In this document: piece by piece, positions 15,101 to 24,100 of the stretch
Layout: each line of letters starts with the position of its first letter
How positions within the stretch are numbered: the stretch's first letter is position 1
DNA from: Phoronis australis
Lineage: Eukaryota > Animalia > Phoronida
NCBI GenBank assembly: GCA_002633005.1
Contig: NMRA01000429.1
Location: 62,001 to 126,000, forward strand
DNA length: 64,000 bases
Direction of reading: 5' to 3'
Notes under the pieces: model-generated
Seen by the model: only the letters and a program-made list of their open reading frames with translations
What the model was told of the DNA's origin: nothing
Databases searched by the model: none
Translations under genes and position numbers: made by a program

Positions 15101-18100
15101 TTTCAAAATATTCATAAATATGAACACAGTTACTGCTGTAGCAACCAATCAAACGATCTGTAAGGCGACGACATTATTACCTTCTGGAGTCTTTGAAACT
15201 TAAATAAACTTGAACGAGAGGTTTTTGGGGGCAACGTACATGTAAGAAACTTCAAAATGTAAAAAACAAATATTAAGGTTACATAAGGAACTCTTAGAAG
15301 CGTCTGTGAATTGAGCTAAGTATCTAGCGACGTTAACTCACTAAAAGTACTCACTCAAAGTTGAAATTCTGGAGAATTTCATATTTGACTATTTACTATT
15401 TTGATTGTTTTTGTAGAAATCATTTAAGTCCGACAGCCCCTATTCAAAAATGGAACACAATAAAAACAACCTTTGCAGCGTTTTAAGGAACAGTTCATAA
15501 AGCATGCAGAGTTTCTTGAAAAGGTCATATAAATCAGATTCTAAGCATTATGTTCTGAAATTAGAAGATGTGGTCATTTTTCCATAGCCGTATACAGTCA
15601 AAATAATTATTGAAGCAAATGTTCGAATATGATTGAGAGGTTAATAATTTGACAGTTAAGAGAGTTATCTTACCGGTTTTACAATATGGCATCTTATATC
15701 CCTCATGGCATGACGTGCAGTGACCTGTGAACTTGTCACATAGTCCACTCAAGCAGTGACCACAGGACTGGGAGCAGTCGGCACCGTAAAAGTTGTCTGG
15801 ACATTCTGAAATACACACCAGTAATCCAATTCAAGATGACATCCACCTTTAAAACACTAGTCTGTATCTGTCACAAATACCTCAGTGAGGTTTTACTCGT
15901 CCATTTACTTTTAGGTGAGACTCCAAGGTTATCCGTGAATGGGGCATGACGTCATGTTTGGCTCGACTAATTTACGATGGCAACTTCATTTGGGTTTTAA
16001 TTAGGGGCCCTGGGAAAAGATGGACGAATCAGCGACAGCATAGTTCAGTGGATAACAATGACTCGTGACTTACTTTTTTGAGAAAAAGAATTAAATCAGG
16101 ACATGAACTGCGGATCGTTTATGTTAAGTGCATTGACCGAAGGCTACTTCTGTTGATTTATCAGCTGATGCGCTCATTATTACCTTGATCACATCCAATT
16201 CCTTTAAAGCCAGTGGCACATGAACATCCATACGGGTCTATGGTACATACTTGTCGGTATCTACATCCTGTATCTACGTCATCAGAACACTGTGATCTAC
16301 AGTCATACCCAAATCTGTTTGGACCACATGCTGAAATTTGAGTTAAAACATAACAAGATAACATACAAGTTAATGTTACTTGTTATTTGTCAAAATTTCA
16401 TTAAAAAGGAATTCAAAACCAAAAAATTACGAACTATTTCAGCCCTTTTCATGATTCAACTCTATAAGCTTCACGGTTTATCCTTCATTACTTTGACAGA
16501 AGGGATTGAAGTGGTACTGTACTGTTTCTGCTTGCTTCGTTGTCAGTTTTCGAACTTCAACAAATGAATGTGCTGGCTGGCCGAGGACAGTCTAGTTAGT
16601 CTCAATACTTACTGGTCCAGGTGCCAAGTCAACTATTAAAACTTACTGTATATGTAGATATACATATACATATTTATCTTGTACGCGTGACCGTATGGTC
16701 ATGAAATACGGGTCGCATTGTGAGGTTAGATATGGAGGAACTACGTTTCCGTATTCAACGCGCGATGAAAACGGATTTTCTGCTTTTAACGCAAGTTGAA
16801 TACGGATACTTTCTCTTTCGCCAAAAATTCACCCCTGTACACACAATACACAACAATCAGCTGAAACACGATTCTATATTTAGCATCACTTTGGATTCAG
16901 CTCCTTTCCCAATATTTTCACATGCCAATACTACAACATGCGTTTTCAAAACAAAACAAAAAATGAAGTAAACTTTTTGTGACAGTTTTCCTAAATATAC
17001 CGTGAAACTTTTGCACCTGAATAGGACACTTAAATCACAAAATATCCTGAACTTTCCACAATATACATGTATTTATCAATGCATGTCTTCCTTAGTTACC
17101 TTTTGCACTACACCACTACAAGTGAGGTTCTCTACTGTCAGATATGAGTCAAATTTTAAAGTCGTGCTCAAAATAATTCAAATACGGAGTGCCCAAAAGG
17201 AAAACTGCAACTGCTGTAAACACTGTATTGTTGCCAAATTTATAATAAATTTCTAAATATTTTCTACATAAAAATAATAAAAACACGCTGAAACAGCAAT
17301 TTTAAGAAGTGTCTGAACGCGCATCAGCCCGGCACAACGTCTGGTTGTCGTGCACAGATATTATTCAACGAAGTTAAGCAAAAAAAAAAACGTCAGCAAT
17401 GTAAGCAAACCTTAACTTAGAAATAGGTTAAGCTCAAACTCTGACGAAAACATTGAAAATATCAAATATGCTCCCCAAGCCTGTAGCTGCTGTAAACAAC
17501 TTGATTTGACGTTGTCATGTACATGTAGGGTGCAAAATCATTCATAAAAATATTGCGTGCATGTATACTTGTCACGCGACGTACGTTCATCATTGATCAA
17601 AGATGGCAAAGGACCTCAAAACAAGCGGAGCAATCTTTGTAAACCCGATTCTTTAACAAATCTTCAGTGGGGCGCATAGGCGGTATCAATAGGTTACGTG
17701 TTTGTACCGGTGTTTTATTATAACGAGATTTGTGATACACAAAAGTATTTTAACTTGGGCTTCTATTTATTGTCTGATGATGACACATGCAGTCTCGAAT
17801 GTAGCAAGTGTTTTAATTTGTTTGCTTTTTATGTCTCTCGCATTTTTACTACACATCTGAACGACTGAAGAAAGGAGACTGTTTCAAACTACAAGCGTAC
17901 CAGTAGCTGCAAACAAAAACTCGTCGTGTTTTTAACGAAATTTGTGTACACAAAGGGCTGCTACCAAACTATACGCACATTCGCAAATAAAGATCTTATC
18001 GAACTCTTCGGCGAACGTTAAAATCGTTTAATTCGCCAAGTACAAACACTGCACGCCAGTTGGCGAGAGGAGGTTCGAAAATAACTGTTACCTTCGGAAC

Positions 18101-21100
18101 AGTCCCTCCCCTTGAATCCTGGAGCACAGATGCACTCGCCGGTTATATCATGACATATCCCGCCATTTAAACAACTAGGACAGTCGTATTCACACAGTCC
18201 GCCATACCTTTTGTCTGGGCAAACTGAAAAATATATAAAACAATACTCGCACTGAAAAACCGGACACATTACTGGTATTTGCGAACGAAGATAATGGTAT
18301 CATGTACTAAAATGCAGGAATTTAGGCTCAATCGCCGAAGTATGAAGTTCCAGGCACGCAGTTAGACCGATGTATAGTGAAACTCTTGAGCTAAAACGAA
18401 GAGCACGGACAATTCTCAACTTCACGTGTATGCTACAAAATGACAGACATTTTAAGATTGGGCAAAGCCATGCAAAGATCACCCAGGGCTACCTGAGTTT
18501 GTGGTTGGACTTGGGCACATGCGCCCAGTTGATTAAAATATTTTCTATGAAAATACGAATCATTTCGGATATTAAAAAATAAATTGAAGTAGACCCACTC
18601 AATATATGTTTTCGTATTGACAGAGGACTTACATGTACAATACAAGCTGTAAATGGATAGGCGACAAGAGCGTTAAACCTTATTTAGGAGCCTCAATTCT
18701 AAATCGCAGATAAAAGTATATAGAATTATTATAATAAAATTATTTCTTTTTATGTGTCACTATTATTATTATTACATTAAGAGCCGTTTTAAGTCAAAAC
18801 TTCATTTTTAAGAAAGTACTATACGTTCACAGCAAAATAAATAACACCTCCTTTGGTTTTAATGAAACCTTTTCAAATGAAAAGTTTACCACTTACCTCA
18901 AAAGGTCTGTTCGATTGCTCTTTTAGTTTAATTTTATGGTTAGAAAAATATGACGTGTTTTTGTAAAAAGCGGACTTGAAAACAGAAAGAATGGCCACTA
19001 GGAAGCGTAATGTACCTCAAACCCGTCCAAAACGGGAGGATAGCATCACCTCACTAAGAGATTCATATCTGCCAAATTTTATGAAAAATCGTTGAGGACC
19101 TCCAAATCTACAGAGGTAAGCGTAACAAATTAAAAATGCCACTTGGGAGAACACCAGTAGTCTGAGAGGTCCGAAATTCGTTGTCACCCGTCAGCTGCAT
19201 GGGAACCCATCTGTCAAATCTCATCAAGATCCTGTGAGGGTTTTAGGAGATACAGCCATCGGTACAAAAACAAACAAAACTGCCACTAGTAGGCGCCACA
19301 ATAGCCGAAGTCGTAGTAAAATTATCGTCAGCCGCCCTCTTCACAGTAGGAACATACATGCCAATTTTAAAAATCATCCCTGGGGCATTATGGTTGATAG
19401 AATGGCGGACGCCAAAAACAGACGCGAAAAGAATAAAAATGACCTCTAGGTGGTACAAAGTACCCCGAATGGGTCAGAAAACGTGAGGATAGCATCACCT
19501 CACTAATAGATGGTTAACAGCCAAATTTTATGAAAATCAGTTGAGGATCTCCGAAGATACGAAGGTACGCGGAAAAACTGAAATTACCATTAGCAGGCAC
19601 AACGGTAGTCGGAGAGGCTCGAAATTCGTCGTCGTCCGTCGTCAGCTTCATTGAAGCACATCTGCCAAATCTCATCAAAATCCTGTAAAGGGCTTAGGAG
19701 ATACAGCTGTGGACCCTGGACGCCCGGACGCCCAGACGCCCAGACGTAGATGACGGAAATATGCCGCCGAAATATGTGGGCGCATACAAATATCACGTAA
19801 GTTTGGCCTCTGAATTTCCCATAACCTTTTTACACTGTACGGACACAAGCTACGTGTACAGTGAATTCATAAATTTTCCAGTTCTTCTATCAAACCGCTC
19901 GTTTAAATGTGTAGCAGAAAAACCCTAGATGTCGCTCAAAGATCCAAACTGATAGTGTTGAAGATTTACAAACACCATTCTCACCTCGCACAATTAGTCT
20001 TAAAATGCCTCTGATTTGCCGTTTGTTGCCAATCCTACGAACAACTGTGTACACTCCTCCGTGATCCAACTCAACGCTGTTAATAAAGGGTTTCTGAGGC
20101 CAAGAGACTGAGTGAAAACGGGAATACTCTTCGGCATCTTTTTCCAATTCTTCCCCGATTTCTGAACCGTTGAAGTTCAATTGGACATGTCGAGCTCCAA
20201 CACTGGTCCGCTGGGTTAGCTGATCTGACAAAACGATCAAGGAACAACCAGTTTCATGTCACGGAATCGTCAGTGTAAACTCTTCAGGACAACAAAGATA
20301 CAGTTACTTGTATGAAAGCGTCATGTTTTAGAAAAGCAAAACAATAAAACTAACGGCACCAACATTACGTAAAAGAATCAACCAGTTCTAGCGACTTTTT
20401 ACTAAAGCCAATTGACGAAATAAATAAGGTATTTTATTGCTCTTAGTGTAAAATTTATTCTCATTTGCGCATACAGTTTTTACATTGATTCCATGCGGTG
20501 GACGTAACAGTATTCAGGGATCTCAAACAGACCCATGATTTAAATAACTCACTATTTTACTAACGAGAGCGCTCGGAGGAGCGACACTTAACGAAATTAA
20601 CCGAAAAGACGACGATGGAGATGATGACAACGATGATGAATATGATGATGATGGTGGCGATTATGAACAACACGATAACATTCATATAACTAGCAAACAT
20701 GTCAGAAATCAGTAAGAAATAGGCTACTCTCTTGCTCAATAGAAGTTAAACCAACATCAGTGCAGCAAGACCTGTCAACAAAGAAGCAGTGCAATCAGAA
20801 AATCTCAAATAATTCAAAAAGTAGACGACATACCGAAAAATGGAATATAGTTTGTGAAAGCCCGTTCAAAACTGTCTAACATGGCATTTGCAAAATTCTG
20901 TGAAATTTTAGAAAAAAATTAAATTTTGCGTTTTTTTGAAATTTATAGTCAAATAACGCGAAAATGGTAAGTCTGAGATAAATATTGTTACAAAACATTT
21001 GAAAGAATATGCCTCAGAGAATCCACATGCAAAAATTCTCGTCGTTTTCTCTTCCCGTTTAAAATGGCAGCCCCGGCCAGCACGACTGAAAACGAGTCAA

Positions 21101-24100
21101 CATGCGCCAGATCCGCCATATTAAAAGCAACTTCCTGTTTTTACGTCTGAATAATAGCATTTCATAAAAAACTAATACCTAAAAAATTTCAAAGAAATTG
21201 GATTAATAATGCGCCCGATATAGAAGATATAAATAGAGGTGCGCATGCGCAATTGTCGATATTTCCGCCATCTTTGACCGGAAGTCATTGAGTTACAGCA
21301 CAGTTATAGTACTTTGCGGTTATAATAACTGTACCAATTTTCAGCCCTATACTTCAAAATTGCGGAGCAATGAGCATTTCAATCTGAAATCGGAAACAAA
21401 ATGGCTTCCAGGGCCCAGTTGCATAAATGTTATACGCCGTAAAGCAACAATGACGTCGCGTTATCACGCGTCACGTGACGTCATGCAACAGTCAAAGTTA
21501 TCCAGCGGATAACTTTTGAAGCTTTATGCAACTCAGCCCAGGTCCGCTATTTTGACACCGATCATGACCAAAATCAATAGGTTTACCAGGACTCCCGGAT
21601 CTACATGTCGAGTGCGACTTTTGTACGAATAGGACGAAAATTGCGACCTGTAGAGTGCAAAGAAACAAAAACGTGAGCACTCGGAGGAGCGACACTTGGC
21701 GAAATTAACCGAAATGTCGACGATGGAGATGATGACGACGATGATGGTTATGGTGATGAAGGTGGCGAGTATGAGCAAGACGATGACATTGATATGACTA
21801 GCGAAGATGTAGGAAATCAGTATGACATGGGCTATAACTTTGAGCGACACTTGGCTAAGTTAACTGAAAAGACGACGATGGAGATGACGACGACGATGGA
21901 GATGACGACGATATGATGATTATGAAGATGATAGTGGGGATTATGAACAGCACGGTGACATTCATATGACTTGCAAAGATGTCAGAAATCAGTAGGAAAT
22001 AGGCTACTGCCTTGTTCAATAGACGCTAAACCAAAATAAGTGCAGCAAGACAGGTCAACAAAGGAATAGCGCTATCAGAAAATCTCAAATAATTAAAACA
22101 AGTAGACGTCCTAGAGAAAAATGAAAAGCAACTCCTGAAAGCCCGTTCAAAATTCTATCTAATTTGTAAGTATCGTAAATTTTTCGAATAAAATGAAGTT
22201 TTGCGTATTTTAAAGTTCAAAGTCAAATAACTCGAAAACTCTAAATCTGAGAAAAACGTTATCCCAGAACTTTTGAAAGAGCGTACTTCAAGGAATCCAC
22301 AGACAAAAAATTAAGTCATTTGCTCTTCTTGTTCAAAATGAGACTGCAGAACGATCAAAAATGGGTAAAATGTGCCAGAGCCGCCATCTTGAAAGTGACT
22401 TCCGGTTAGACAAACTTTTGTACTAGCTAATCAAAAGAAACGAGCACGTGACGGGTATGAAAATAATTAATGAGACAATGTGCCCTCTACAGGAGAAAAC
22501 ATTTTCGCCATTGCCAGTATTTCCACCCTCTTAACGATTTACGGCGCACTTGTAGTACTTGTGTGCTATAAAAACCGTATCAATCTGAAGCCCCGTACGT
22601 TGAAAAATGCGGCCTCTATGAACATTTGAATCTGAAACCGGAAACAAAATGCCCGCCGCTTCCGCCATTTTGAAGCCGATCGTGACCAAAAACAATAGGC
22701 TTCCAAGACTTTCGGATCTAAACATTGTGTGCGATTTCCGTCCGGATCGGACAAAATTGCGACATGTAGAGTTCAAACAAACAAAAAAACTTGATGGCTA
22801 AGCAACATACATGCACTTGGCAAAAATCGATACAATAGCAATAGACTGTGATAATGAGATATGATGTAAATTATGATATCGGTTTAGATATCCTGTACTA
22901 TCTGTTCACTACTCTATGGATAGTTATATTTGTAATGTGAGCAGAATGCCTATCTACGCGAAATACTGTACACTTACATGTGAGTTCAGCTTTAGCTTAC
23001 TTGGATAAGAGATTTCTTGGGTGGCTAAGTTGACTTGTCTCCATGTCATTTTAGGTGACGAGCATGGTCGGAAGCTCTATGATACTGTCACTTCAGACAT
23101 AAACCGGAAATCTTTCCTCATCGCAGCATGGAACTACTTGAAACCAATTTTCTCAGTGACAGTGAAGTAACTCATATTTCGGGCACCTAAGCAGAGGGTG
23201 GGGTAACGTAGGCTCGACACAACTCTAGGCAGACCCTTAGTATTGTTTTTGTTGCCCAGTTGTCCCTTACCTTGGGTGCATAGCGGAACACTGCACAGTT
23301 GGCGCTGTGTGTAGGGACTTGTCGTGTAACACCAAGGCCCGGGTTCCAGTCCGTCATTCCTACAATAGTTGTTTTTGAAACCATGTTTCTTTTTGCTGTG
23401 TGTGTGTGGACTCTGAGAATCCCATCTTTGACATGCCAAACCACCCTGTGTTTTGTTAAGGCGACCTCTGTAGGTCAATCCCAACGAGTTTTCTTTGCAG
23501 TCTCCTGGAAATGATGATTTTTCTTTAATGTTATTTGTTTAAAATTGATATATCCCTGTATGTATTTGTAAAGAAAACGTATACAGTGTCACTAGAAGAA
23601 CCAAGATGAGATGCATACGGTAACTACTCAAACAGTACACATAAATTGCAACAAACTGGAAAACACTTATACGTTTCTGTAAGTGTACTATATAGTCACT
23701 AACCCAGCTTTATATCTATGCTTCATCAATAAATGTTCAATTCATTCTCAATTTCCAAAGTGTTTATATGAAAAACTTGTGGTAACGAAACCAACACGAG
23801 TTACAAACGGTACGTCTGCAATCAGTAGATGCAAATTGTAACAAAATTGGAACACATTTATAAACTTCTAATAGTACTGCAACTTTATTTCCACGCTCCA
23901 TCGATAAGCTTTAATGTCATTCCTACTTTGAAAAGTATTCACATGAAAGAATTGTGGTAATTTTAACGTTCTCTAGCGAGAGTTAAATGAACTTCGAGAT
24001 TTGGAATAGGATAAAGTCTTGCATTTCCACCGGATTGATTGCTTCATGGCACACGAAAGGTGAAACTGAAACTAAGGTGAAAATAAAAGGTTAGCATTTT

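Noticed and set aside
23640-23960. Diverged ~190 bp tandem duplication beside the kringle exon
   Set aside because: Non-coding, AT-rich and old; no evidence of function.
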